The position numbers were made by a program, and so were the translations under genes. From contig CM120647.1 of NCBI GenBank assembly GCA_051362555.1, positions 16,282,651 through 16,346,650 on the forward strand: 64,000 nt of DNA. The letters are read 5' to 3'. Source of the stretch: Lingula anatina. Taxonomy: Eukaryota > Animalia > Brachiopoda. Each line of letters begins with the position of its first letter. The stretch's first letter is position 1. Of the stretch, positions 37,624 to 50,400 are shown one piece after another. The notes beneath the pieces are model-generated. The model was not told the DNA's origin and ran no database searches. It was given only the letters and a program-made list of their open reading frames with translations.

Positions 37624-40213
37624 GGTTTTGTGAGAAGGACTTAGGGATGAAAAAACCTAGACTTGCTAGTGTTTATACATTAAAAGTACACTCTATGGGT
37701 TTAATAATCTCCCAATTGCTTATTTTTGCGATCCACAGTTTATTATAAAACTTCACATGTATCTTAATGAAGATTTAACCCCTAAAATAATTTTTCCATT
37801 GGAACTCAAAGGGAAATGGTCGCTGGTTATGGACTGGCCAGTCATTTTAAACTAAATTAACCTTTATAATAATTAATAAAAGGTCAAATCAAAATGCAGA
37901 GGGGGATACATAAATGATTCGTGATTAGAAAAAATTGCTCATTTCCCTGGAAAAATCCATTTTGGAAGGTAAATCTCATAAAAACCATTTCTTCTCCAGT
38001 ATTCTTAGCACAGTGAAACTTAACCAGATGGCAGTAGCATCCCACGCAAGATAGGAACACCACCCCGCTGCTTCTTTCTGAGTGATGAGGCCAATATACA
38101 GACCTGTGGGAATTTATTTTCAATTAGCACAACATTCTAGATTTGCCTTATCTCCGTACCCACATGTTCTGATCTGACGGCATTTCATTTGCTAGAGCTC
38201 AGAATAAAGTACAGCTTTTTGTTTCTATTTGTGTGTGTCTCTGTGTCCCGCTGTTGCTTTCTTGGGTAGAACTTAGATGTTAAACTAGGAAAAGCATTTC
38301 CTTTAGTTAGTAAAAGGGGATTCTATGAAATTGTATTATTGCATGTGCAGGCAATGGAGCCTTGAATAATTCGGTGATTTTTCTGATGAGGATTGAAAGT
38401 CCACCCAAAGAGTCTGATTTGAATTGTCCAATAAATAGGAGATCAGAAATTGAAGATAAAATGCAAGATGCAAAAAAATTAATCAACTTAGATAGGAAAT
38501 GTAAACATGATTTTAAATATACGTCTGTTTTAGTCCAGAAATAGGTATAAGAATCAATGTGTATGTCATATATATTATCAATGAAATGTCTAATAATACC
38601 ATGCAGATTATATGAGGACCAACAATTAACACACCAAAATGAAGATGTCATTTGAGTTATTGCTGAAAACGTGGCCTAGAATGTAATAAGTTATCAGAAA
38701 TCTATGATAAGCTTTCTTTTGGTCAAACTGCTGGATGGTTTAAGTCAAGATAGAAATTCTTACTCAAATAATGAAATAAATAGTATTTAAAAAAAAAAAA
38801 TATGGGATGCTTATTCTACTTCTTAGCCAAATTCAAATGTGTATTATAGCATTTGGCTTTAATTTGCTTGACTGGTATTAGCCTAGAATACATTCCATTT
38901 TATTGTGTGTGTCTAACTGTTATAACAACAATTGGTTCCAAATGACATGAAGCTAAAATTAACCAAATTTAACCGAAAGATTAAGTGCGTCAAGTGGTTT
39001 AATGTAAAAGTTGTGTAAAATCGCTGCCCTTTAGTTTGAAAACAACTCCTGTTAAGGAAAGATCTTAGAAAATTAAAGGAATGAATTAAGGATGTCTATA
39101 CTAAGAAGATGAAAAAGTCATGTTTAATTATAAGTGCTGATGGCATGTTGCTCATGAGAAGTCCTAAGAAAGGAAATGAAGAAGAAAGTTAATGTGGAAG
39201 CCATGTTTGAAAGCCTTTGATTAAAAAAAAACTACCTTAGAGCAGAAAAAAGAAGGAAATTAAAGATCATATTTGTGTACGAACTGTTCTTGCCTGTGAG
39301 TGCAAGGTTAATTGTAAACTCAGTGGCAGTTGAAAGACAGTGAAGTACAAACTAGGAAATTGGAAGTATAGGAAACCTTGCAAATTTTAAGAATAATGTT
39401 TGAATTTTGGTGTAAAAATCCCTTGGCAGTAAATATATTGTTACCACACATGCTAGAAATTGAAAGTTAGGACAATTTGCCTCATCTTTTTAAAGAATAA
39501 TCTTTGAACTGTTGTAAAACTTTCTCTGCATTAAAAATATTTGTATCAGACAGATGTACTCCCATTTTTCTATTTGCGTTAATCTTATTTTGATAGCCCA
39601 TTAGAAAAAAAAATAAATAAAGCAAAATGCCCCGAGTTTCCTGGGTCACTGTCAAATTATCTCTGTTGTGAGATCACTGTTAAAAGTAGTGGCATGTAGA
39701 TTATAGAGGAGTGCTTCTAATGACATGTGATACTCAGGGCAAGGGAAAAAAATTGCCCAGAAAATGAAATGAGTAATCAGTTTGTGCAGTGTATCTCTTT
39801 TCAAGGAAATCACTCACTGAAACTGATCACCGTCTGCTGGGAAATTTAGGAACTTTCCAGGGAATCGATGAACATGTATTCTCAGGTCATTTGGTATATT
39901 GTGCTTTGAATGTGAATAAGTTCAAATTAGGTAATATATAATAGTGATGGAACTCAATATGATACCCCAGGAGGTCTGAAAAACAGTGGATCGTTTTGGT
40001 TGAATGTTTGGTAAAACATGGTGTATCAAAAGTGTACAAATAATATTTTAGCTTGAGTGTAGTTCACACAAGGACAGGGTTGGAATGGAAGTAGGTCCAA
40101 CTTGTGTAGTTTTGTTGGTCTGATTTATGATGCATTTTGGTTAGTTTTGCACGAGGTAGTTTAAGTGTTGCTCTGTAATCTGATCACTAGAAGTCTGAAA
40201 ATATACGATGGGT

Positions 40214-40244
<31 letters not shown>

Positions 40245-40956
40245 GTCTGAGCTGAATTAGAATTGCCATAGACAGTATTCGGGTTAAAAATAAGGAAATG
40301 TAGCTTTAATAACAAATATCAGTGTCGCATAAAATGCTGGAAATTTAATGCCAAGATTTTTCCTTTTCCATGTTTTTCAATTCATAAAATCAGCATTAGA
40401 CGTTATATTCTGATGTTTACTTCATTGTAAAGTTAAAGAGACAAAATGGGTGAGGATATTATATTTCTTTGATCTGATGAGATTGTACGATATAAAGTTA
40501 CTGTTATGTCCTGGTGTATAAAAACATGTCCAAAAATGATTCCGTAGATGATAGGTTTTATTTCTTGTCCTTAGATCCACAAATGGAAATGCGAGCTCGG
40601 TGCAATTGGATTATCTAAACAATAAGAGAATGTTGGAGAGTCAAAAATTTGACCCGTGAGAGATTTTAAGATTGAAGTTCTTTTATAAGAAGTGTCAGTC
40701 ACTGTAAAGATATCCTTAAAATTGTGACAGCGTGATTTTGTTTTGTGAGCTCTGAGTTGTTAAAGAGCTTAGTTTTGCTGCGTATGTATTACTGATGTTT
40801 GATTAGATTTTTGTTATCATTTCAGATGTCACGTTGGTGAAGTAAGTAGCTGGATCACCTTAACCATTACTAACCATTACATCTGCAGGTCAAGGTCATT
40901 TGACTAAGGTCACCAAGTCAAGGTCGTCATCAAGGAGTCATATTCACCCTGTTGCC

Positions 40957-41425
40957 ATGCATTTTTCAATATTTCACTTCGCCACAGCTCTGACACTGAT
41001 ACTTGTAATTTTCGCCACCAGTTCTGATGCGCGTGGCAAGCGAGCACGTGCCCGTGATATGTACAGGAATCAAAACGATGAGCTTGTCACAGAAGACAGG
41101 TTCAATTCAAGAAGAAACCACAGAAAAAAGTCAGACAAGCCAAATATTGTGATTATCATGACAGACGACCAGGACAAGGAACTCGGTTCCATGGACTTCA
41201 TGCCAAAGACCATGAAAATCATGGGCAAAGGTGGCGCCACATTCAACAATGCCTTTGTGACTACACCAATGTGTTGTCCGTCGCGGAGTTCATTTCTTAC
41301 GGGAATGTATCCCCATAACCATAACGTGTACACAAACAACGACAACTGCTCTTCGATTCAGTGGCAGCAGACGCACGAGACACGGAATTTTGCAACGTAC
41401 CTAAGTAATGCGGGATATAGGACAG
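40957..41425 (+). CDS. SULF1: Sulf first coding exon (signal peptide, catalytic CCPSR motif)
   Basis: gccATG at 40957; ACAG|gtgagt donor. Confidence 0.95.
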
Positions 41426-44400
41426 GTGAGTTAAATTTCAGTTTAAGAATTGTTTTAAAATATTTCTAAATAGCATTTGTGGTGCTTTTACTTTATTGAA
41501 TATAACTATTGGGTAGCCTGCTTTTCAATTTTGTTACTACCACTTAATAGGAATGGGCAAATTTTATGAATTTATGACTTAAAATACAGCATCAGCTCAA
41601 TTAACAAATTTCCCCATTGAAAAGATGAGTCGATCATATCAGTATAACATCATTTGGTTTTGTATATTTGGTACAGGGTTGTCTTTTGTCTGAAATTTTT
41701 TTTCTCCTTCAAATTCATCTTTCTGTTTTTATTAAATGATATTGACTCCTTTTCAAATTGGTAATAATTAAGAAACTGAAAATTCAAAAACAGGATGCAG
41801 TCCTAGATTTGAAAAAATAAAAGCAAACTTGAACTTGAATAACTCCATCAGAAAAATAAATGCCTTTTCTTGTCAGGTGATTCGAATCTTTTGTAATAAT
41901 TTTCCTAGCTGTCAGGGTGACAAATGGTGGCTTGGGAATATCTATTATTTCCTTGTCGTTGCATGGATTGATGGCCAGTTTAACAAATGCCAACATACAC
42001 ATTTTACATGCCTGCGATTTTATGAACAGTTAAACTTGGGTTGGTGTCCGTCTCCTATTTTTGACCTAGAATAGGAATCATTGGTGTCTCTTACCGCCTT
42101 CTGAATGTTTTGACTTTATCTGACTGACTGAAGTTGATTACTTTTGACAATACAATTCTTACTCTATTTTCCCTATTTGCTATGCAGCTTAAGCAAATAT
42201 AGCAGGTGGTTTTTCGGCTGCCCTTTTCAGGACTTATCTGTATCCATTGCACCTTCTGCCGAAGACCTGTTCTCTTCAGTTTTAACTTAAAACCATTGAA
42301 TGTCCAAATGTGGTTATAGAATGATCAGTTTCTACCAATTTTAACTTAAACTGATTTCAGTCCAAGTATGGTGAAAAGACAACCAACAAACACCATGTTG
42401 TTACAAGATGAGATTGTGCAGTTACAATTTCTCACCAGAAAAAGCCAGTCTTATCTTTTGGTTTCCCATTTTATAAAGCTTATGCTTATGGATAGATTTC
42501 TGTTGATTGTGAAATTGTAATCACTCTCTCATCTAAGATATAATGTTACTGGAAACGTGACTAAGGACAAACATAAATAGGCATCTAGGAGGTAATCTTA
42601 AAAGGGCAAGATAAAGAGGCTGAACTTTAAAAAAAAATGTCCACATCGGCTCAAGGGCTTTGGCTGTCTAGAGGTCATATCTAGCACTGAACAACTAAAT
42701 TTAAAGTGATGAGAACAAGCAATTAATGCTATATTTAAGTCATCATCTTGGAGATTGTCTTTGTAAGGAGTAATGGTCAAAATGTCTTTCTCTGTCTGGA
42801 AGTCTTATTTAAAACCGAAAATGATTTAAGTTAGAGCTGATAAAAACTGGGATTAAATGAAGTGTGCAAGTCACACAAAAGTGCAATTAACACAGTAGGA
42901 AGATGAAGCGATGTAAATTATCGCTAAAATCCCAGAGGTGTCTTAAAACACCTAGTTCATCGTTCATGTTCTTCTCCAGGGCAGAATTGATTGTGCCTGT
43001 TGGTTTGCACTTATTTTGGAAACACATGCCCTAAAAATGAAATTGAAAAAAATTAATAAGTACTAGTAAATAGACAAATAAAAACATTAATGAATTAATA
43101 AATGAAGCATTTTACCAGATGACCTTTTAAAAATGGGTACCAGTGGCCCATCAGTAAAAATTTCCTTTTGAAATGAAGTACAGACATAATCTTAATATAT
43201 TGTTGAAAATTGATACCTAATTGAAAGTATAACATATAAAATCTGTAGGAGATATACTGAATATATAATTTGCTTAAAAATAATAGTGTCAGTTGGAAAA
43301 TATTTTATCTCCTTGCATTCGAAAAGTATAGGGATTTTACATTGAGATATGTACATAGAAGGTCTATATATATGAAATGTTAATATTTGTTTGCAGATAA
43401 TGATTTCAATTAATAGAAACTGGCAGTGGCTTTAATCTGATTACTCATTATTGTGTCAATGAAGTGATTATCATTATAGAGGTAGAATTATGGAAGGAAT
43501 GCATCATGTCTACAAATTAATTATGAAGACTTAATAAGTCATTAAGATTGAGTCACTTTCGATAATGATTATATGGACAATAATCGGAATTACTCCATGT
43601 TAGGTATTCCATTATCATAGGAATTTAAACATTGATCAAATAATCTACCAGCCAAGAACATCAGTAAAATTCTCCCACCAGATGGCAGGTCTTCCAAGAC
43701 ACTCTAATCCAAGACTGGTGGTGTATTTACTGGGACATGTTCTCATGGCCCTTCATGCTCTGTAAAAAAATTTAATTTCGGGGATTATCTTGTTTGTCAT
43801 ATTTTAAATATCCATTACCTCTGATTCTTTATTTATTATTTTTTCATCATTTTCTCATCAAGATATAAAGCCACTCGAGGGTGAACTTTTGTGGATTATA
43901 ATGTCAGTGTCAATTTTATTCAACCTAAAAAAATGAAAAGAAAGAAAGGAAGGAAGACGGCCTCCCATTTAGATTTTAATGAAATCTGAAGTGCTCAATT
44001 TGTTGGACCTTTTCTCTGGCAGTTTTTATACTCTATTTTCTCAAGAGCCAATAATGCTGAGCCAAAGTCCAATTTAAGCCTCAATTTAAGCTGTTGTATT
44101 CAGTCTTTTATGTGAGGATTTTTTTCATGGGTCCTGTAGAGTATTAAGGCAGCTTTTATGACACATAATAAGAACCATAAGATTTAATGTCTTTTCTTTT
44201 ATGAATAGTGTTGATAGTAAAACAGTATTTCAAGTTTTTTTTTTTGGTCAGGACTGACGTAAGCTAGAAATGGCTATTCTTTAGTCAATATTGCCACAAC
44301 GAAAAATCACCAAGGGACCAATGTACTATGAAGATTTTTTGCCCTTTTCAATTAAAAAAAAATGACAAAAGGGGCTTACACTAAAATTTGGATCTTTTAA

Positions 44401-47400
44401 GAAATTAAAAATTAAAATTTGAAGAGTTATACTAAAATGTTAAGTTTCAAAATAAAACTTTCAGTTTTCTAAATTTTTTTGCAAAACCAATCCCCTGTGT
44501 AATGAGACACGTTTGATTTAAACAAACTATTTTGAATGCACCTTCAAAAAAAAAAGCATAACAAAAACTGAACTGAAGTGCCTTCCTCGAACCACCTGCT
44601 CTACGAGATACAAGTGCGTGTTACGCATGACAACGAAAGGATCAGGGGACAAAGGGCTGTCAATCATCACTTACCGGGGCCTGAGGGGAACAGGGGAGAA
44701 GAACGGGGGGGGGGGGGGGGGGGAGGGGGGGCGCGGGTAATGATATTAATCAATTTCCTTTGGTTTATTTATGTTTCTCAGGAAGCATGCACTTCAAATC
44801 TTTTTTCAAACTGGTTGTAAGCAAGTCCTTTTAATGGAGACAGAAGTTGGCCTTGAAATTTAGGGAAAGTTGATGTCATTTTTGATTTTTACTTAATTCA
44901 AGGTTGAAAAAAATTGTCACTGATATTATTGAACCAATTTGGCATTTTAGAACATCTTTTAGAGCTACTACCAAAAATGTTTTTTTTATTTCATTTATTT
45001 TTCACTATTTGTACCACCAGCGTTAGCGCTGGCGGTACACATGGTTTCGGTCTCGTCCGGATCGTTCCGCCGGCTCCGCCGGACGGCTACCGTTACCGCT
45101 TCTCCTCCTAGACGGTAAGGGCCCCCGTACCCATCTCATGGATTTAGGTCACCTATAATCTCAACTCGTTCCACGTAAAATTTGGGCTTTGTCGGTATTG
45201 GGGTCTGGGTGTGGCACTCATTGCAATGTACCCTTGTCTAAAAATGGCAAAATTAAATGCTAATTATCTACCCTACGGAAGGAGTTATGGGAAAAATTTC
45301 TATAGACGGCTTTCCAAAAGTCATATGTGTAGATTTCAAATATACCCTTGGATTTGACCTTTGACCTTTACTTCAAGGTCAAATGGGCCAAAATTTTCAA
45401 AAAAATGAAATTTTTTACGAAAAAATTTTTTTTTGCCCTGTTATTCAGACACCACACAGACTTAACCAATAATATTATTGGAAGGTGTTACCCTTCAGGT
45501 CATCTTTCATCTCCATGAATTTGGGGTCAATCGGTGCATTTTCACGGGAGTAGCGGCCATAAGATACCGAAACTGAAAACTGTCTCTAATTCGGGAACCG
45601 TTAATGCTAGAGACCCATTCTTTTTTGCATTTTGTAGAGCATGTAAAGCCCAACACTGGAGGTGGTCTCGTTTTTTTTGTATTCCATACGGTTTTCGAGT
45701 TACGCTGTATCAAAAAGTACATATTGGTGGTAAAAGCAAAATGTGCAGTACGGTAATGGATAATAAATTTTGAACTCTGGAAAAATAAAACATAAGGCTT
45801 GGCAAAGCAGACAACTTGTGTTCAAAAATGACATTATTTCATCAAATTTGAACTTCTGAAACTTCAGAGCACCTCCTATTTCAAGAATTTTGACCAAAAT
45901 GACATTTTCTTTATTTTAATTAATTTTTTCTGTACGAAATTTAAGGCATATTATGGTAACTCCAAAATTATAACATTTAGTCCCTTATATCTCCAAAACT
46001 GGCAGAGATAGGTCCATAGTTACTATTGAAGTTGAATAGGAAGTCATATACTGGCAATCTTACTATGACCTTGAAAGTGACCTTTGACCTACTTTTCACC
46101 ATGAACTGAACTTTGCAAATTTTTCTTCCCTTTTATCTCCAAAACTGGCAGAGATAGGTCCATAGTTACTATTGGACTTGAATAGGAAGTCATATACTGG
46201 CAATCTAAATGTGACCTTAAAATTGACCTTTGACCTACTTTTCACCATAAACTGAACTTTGCAAAATTTGCTTCCCTTTTATCTCCAAAACTGGCAGAGA
46301 TAGGTCCATAGTTACTATTGAACTTGAATAGGAAGTCATATACTGGCAATCTAAATGTGACCTTAAAATTGACCTTTGACCTACTTTACACCATGAACTG
46401 AATTTTGCAAATTTTGCTTTCCTATTATCTCCAAAACTGGCTGAGATAGGTCCGTAGTTACTATTGAACTTGAATAGGAAGTCATATACTGGCAATCTAA
46501 ATGTGACCTTAAAATTGACCTTTGACCTACTTTACACCATGAACTGAATTTTGCAAATTTTGCTTTCCTTTTATCTCCAAAACTGGCTGAGATAGGTCCG
46601 TAGTTACTATTGAACTTGAATAGGAAGTCATATACTGGCAATCTTACTATGACCTTGAAAGTGACCTTTGACCTACTTTTCACCATGAACTGAACTTTGC
46701 AAATTTTTCTTCCCTTTTATCTCCAAAACTGGCAGAGATAGGTCCATAGTTACTATTGGACTTGAATAGGAAGTCATATACTGGCAATCTAAATGTGACC
46801 TTAAAATTGACCTTTGACCTACTTTTCACCATGAACTGAATTTTGCAAATTTTGCTTCCCTTTTATCTCCAAAACTGGCTGAGATAGGTCCATAGTTACT
46901 ATTGAACTTGAATAGGAAGTCATATACTGGCAATCTAAATGTGACCTTGAAATTGACCTTTGACCTACTTTTCACCATGAACTGAACTTTGCAAATTTTG
47001 CTTTCCTTTTATCTCCAAAACTGGCTGAGATAGGTCCATAGTTACTTTGAACTTGAAAAGGAAGTCATATACTGGCAATCTAAATGTGACCTTAAAATTG
47101 ACCTTTGACCTACTTTACACCATAAACTGAATTTTGCAAATTTTGCTTTCCTTTTATCTCCAAAACTGGCTGAGATAGGTCCGTAGTTACCATTGAACTT
47201 GAATAGGAAGTCGTATACTGGCATTATAAATGTGACATTAAAATTGACCTTTGTCCTACTTTTCCCCATAAACTGAATTTTGCAAATTTTGCTTCCCTTT
47301 TATCTCCAAAACTGGCTGAGATAGGTCCGTAGTTACTATTGAACTTGAATAGGAAGTCATATACTGGCAATCTTACTATGACCTTGAAAGTGACCTTTGA

Positions 47401-50400
47401 CCTACTTTTCACCATGAACTGAACTTTGCAAATTTTTCTTCCCTTTTATCTCCAAAACTGGCAGAGATAGGTCCATAGTTACTATTGGACTTGAATAGGA
47501 AGTCATATACTGGCAATCTAAATGTGACCTTAAAATTGACCTTTGACCTACTTTTCACCATAAACTGAACTTTGCAAAATTTGCTTCCCTTTTATCTCCA
47601 AAACTGGCAGAGATAGGTCCATAGTTACTATTGAACTTGAATAGGAAGTCATATACTGGCAATCTAAATGTGACCTTAAAATTGACCTTTGACCTACTTT
47701 ACACCATGAACTGAATTTTGCAAATTTTGCTTTCCTATTATCTCCAAAACTGGCTGAGATAGGTCCGTAGTTACTATTGAACTTGAATAGGAAGTCATAT
47801 ACTGGCAATCTAAATGTGACCTTAAAATTGACCTTTGACCTACTTTACACCATGAACTGAATTTTGCAAATTTTGCTTTCCTTTTATCTCCAAAACTGGC
47901 TGAGATAGGTCCGTAGTTACTATTGAACTTGAATAGGAAGTCATATACTGGCAATCTTACTATGACCTTGAAAGTGACCTTTGACCTACTTTTCACCATA
48001 AACTGAACTTTGCAAAATTTGCTTCCCTTTTATCTCCAAAACTGGCAGAGATAGGTCCATAGTTACTATTGGACTTGAATAGGAAGTCATATACTGGCAA
48101 TCTAAATGTGACCTTAAAATTGACCTTTGACCTACTTTTCACCATGAACTGAATTTTGCAAATTTTGCTTCCCTTTTATCTCCAAAACTGGCTGAGATAG
48201 GTCCATAGTTACTATTGAACTTGAATAGGAAGTCATATACTGGCAATCTAAATGTGACCTTGAAATTGACCTTTGACCTACTTTTCACCATGAACTGAAC
48301 TTTGCAAATTTTGCTTTCCTTTTATCTCCAAAACTGGCTGAGATAGGTCCATAGTTACTTTGAACTTGAAAAGGAAGTCATATACTGGCAATCTAAATGT
48401 GACCTTAAAATTGACCTTTGACCTACTTTACACCATAAACTGAATTTTGCAAATTTTGCTTTCCTTTTATCTCCAAAACTGGCTGAGATAGGTCCGTAGT
48501 TACTATTGAACTTGAATAGGAAGTCGTATACTGGCATTATAAATGTGACATTAAAATTGACCTTTGTCCTACTTTTCCCCATAAACTGAATTTTGCAAAT
48601 TTTGCTTCCCTTTTATCTCCAAAACTGGCTGAGATAGGTCCGTAGTTACTATTGAACTTGAATAGGAAGTCATATACTGGCAATCTTACTATGACCTTGA
48701 AAGTGACCTTTGACCTACTTTTCACCATGAACTGAACTTTGCAAATTTTTCTTCCCTTTTATCTCCAAAACTGGCAGAGATAGGTCCATAGTTACTATTG
48801 GACTTGAATAGGAAGTCATATACTGGCAATCTAAATGTGACCTTAAAATTGACCTTTGACCTACTTTTCACCATAAACTGAACTTTGCAAAATTTGCTTC
48901 CCTTTTATCTCCAAAACTGGCAGAGATAGGTCCATAGTTACTATTGAACTTGAATAGGAAGTCATATACTGGCAATCTAAATGTGACCTTAAAATTGACC
49001 TTTGACCTACTTTACACCATGAACTGAATTTTGCAAATTTTGCTTTCCTATTATCTCCAAAACTGGCTGAGATAGGTCCGTAGTTACTATTGAACTTGAA
49101 TAGGAAGTCATATACTGGCAATCTAAATGTGACCTTAAAATTGACCTTTGACCTACTTTACACCATGAACTGAATTTTGCAAATTTTGCTTTCCTTTTAT
49201 CTCCAAAACTGGCTGAGATAGGTCCGTAGTTACTATTGAACTTGAATAGGAAGTCATATACTGGCAATCTTACTATGACCTTGAAAGTGACCTTTGACCT
49301 ACTTTTCACCATGAACTGAACTTTGCAAATTTTTCTTCCCTTTTATCTCCAAAACTGGCAGAGATAGGTCCATAGTTACTATTGGACTTGAATAGGAAGT
49401 CATATACTGGCAATCTAAATGTGACCTTAAAATTGACCTTTGACCTACTTTTCACCATGAACTGAATTTTGCAAATTTTGCTTCCCTTTTATCTCCAAAA
49501 CTGGCTGAGATAGGTCCATAGTTACTATTGAACTTGAATAGGAAGTCATATACTGGCAATCTAAATGTGACCTTGAAATTGACCTTTGACCTACTTTTCA
49601 CCATGAACTGAACTTTGCAAATTTTGCTTTCCTTTTATCTCCAAAACTGGCTGAGATAGGTCCATAGTTACTTTGAACTTGAAAAGGAAGTCATATACTG
49701 GCAATCTAAATGTGACCTTAAAATTGACCTTTGACCTACTTTACACCATAAACTGAATTTTGCAAATTTTGCTTTCCTTTTATCTCCAAAACTGGCTGAG
49801 ATAGGTCCGTAGTTACTATTGAACTTGAATAGGAAGTCATATACTGGCATTATAAATGTGACATTAAAATTGACCTTTGTCCTACTTTTCCCCATAAACT
49901 GAACTTTGCAAATTTTGCTTCCCTTTTATCTCCAAAACTGGCAGAGATAGGTCCATAGTTACTATTGAACTTGAATAGGAAGTCATATACTGGCAATCTA
50001 AATGTGACCTTGAAATTGACCTTTGACCTACTTTTCACCATGAACTGAATTTTGCAAATTTTGCTTCCCTTTTATCTCCAAAACTGGCTGAGATAGGTCC
50101 GTAGTTACTATTGAACTTGAATAGGAAGTCATATACTGGCAATCTAAATGTGACCTTGAAATTGACCTTTGACCTACTTTTCACCATGAACTGAATTTTG
50201 CAAATTTTGCTTTCCTTTTATCTCCAAAACTGGCTGAGATAGGTCCATAGTTACTATTGAACTTGAAAAGGAAGTCATATACTGGCAATCTAAATGTGAC
50301 CTTAAAATTGACCTTTGACCTACTTTACACCATAAACTGAATTTTGCAAATTTTGCTTTCCTTTTATCTCCAAAACTGGCTGAGATAGGTCCGTAGTTAC

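Noticed and set aside
15979-44730. Numerous poly-G/poly-C tracts as G-quadruplex regulatory elements
   Set aside because: Scattered homopolymers that appear to be a general feature of this genome; lengths are unreliable and show no positional pattern
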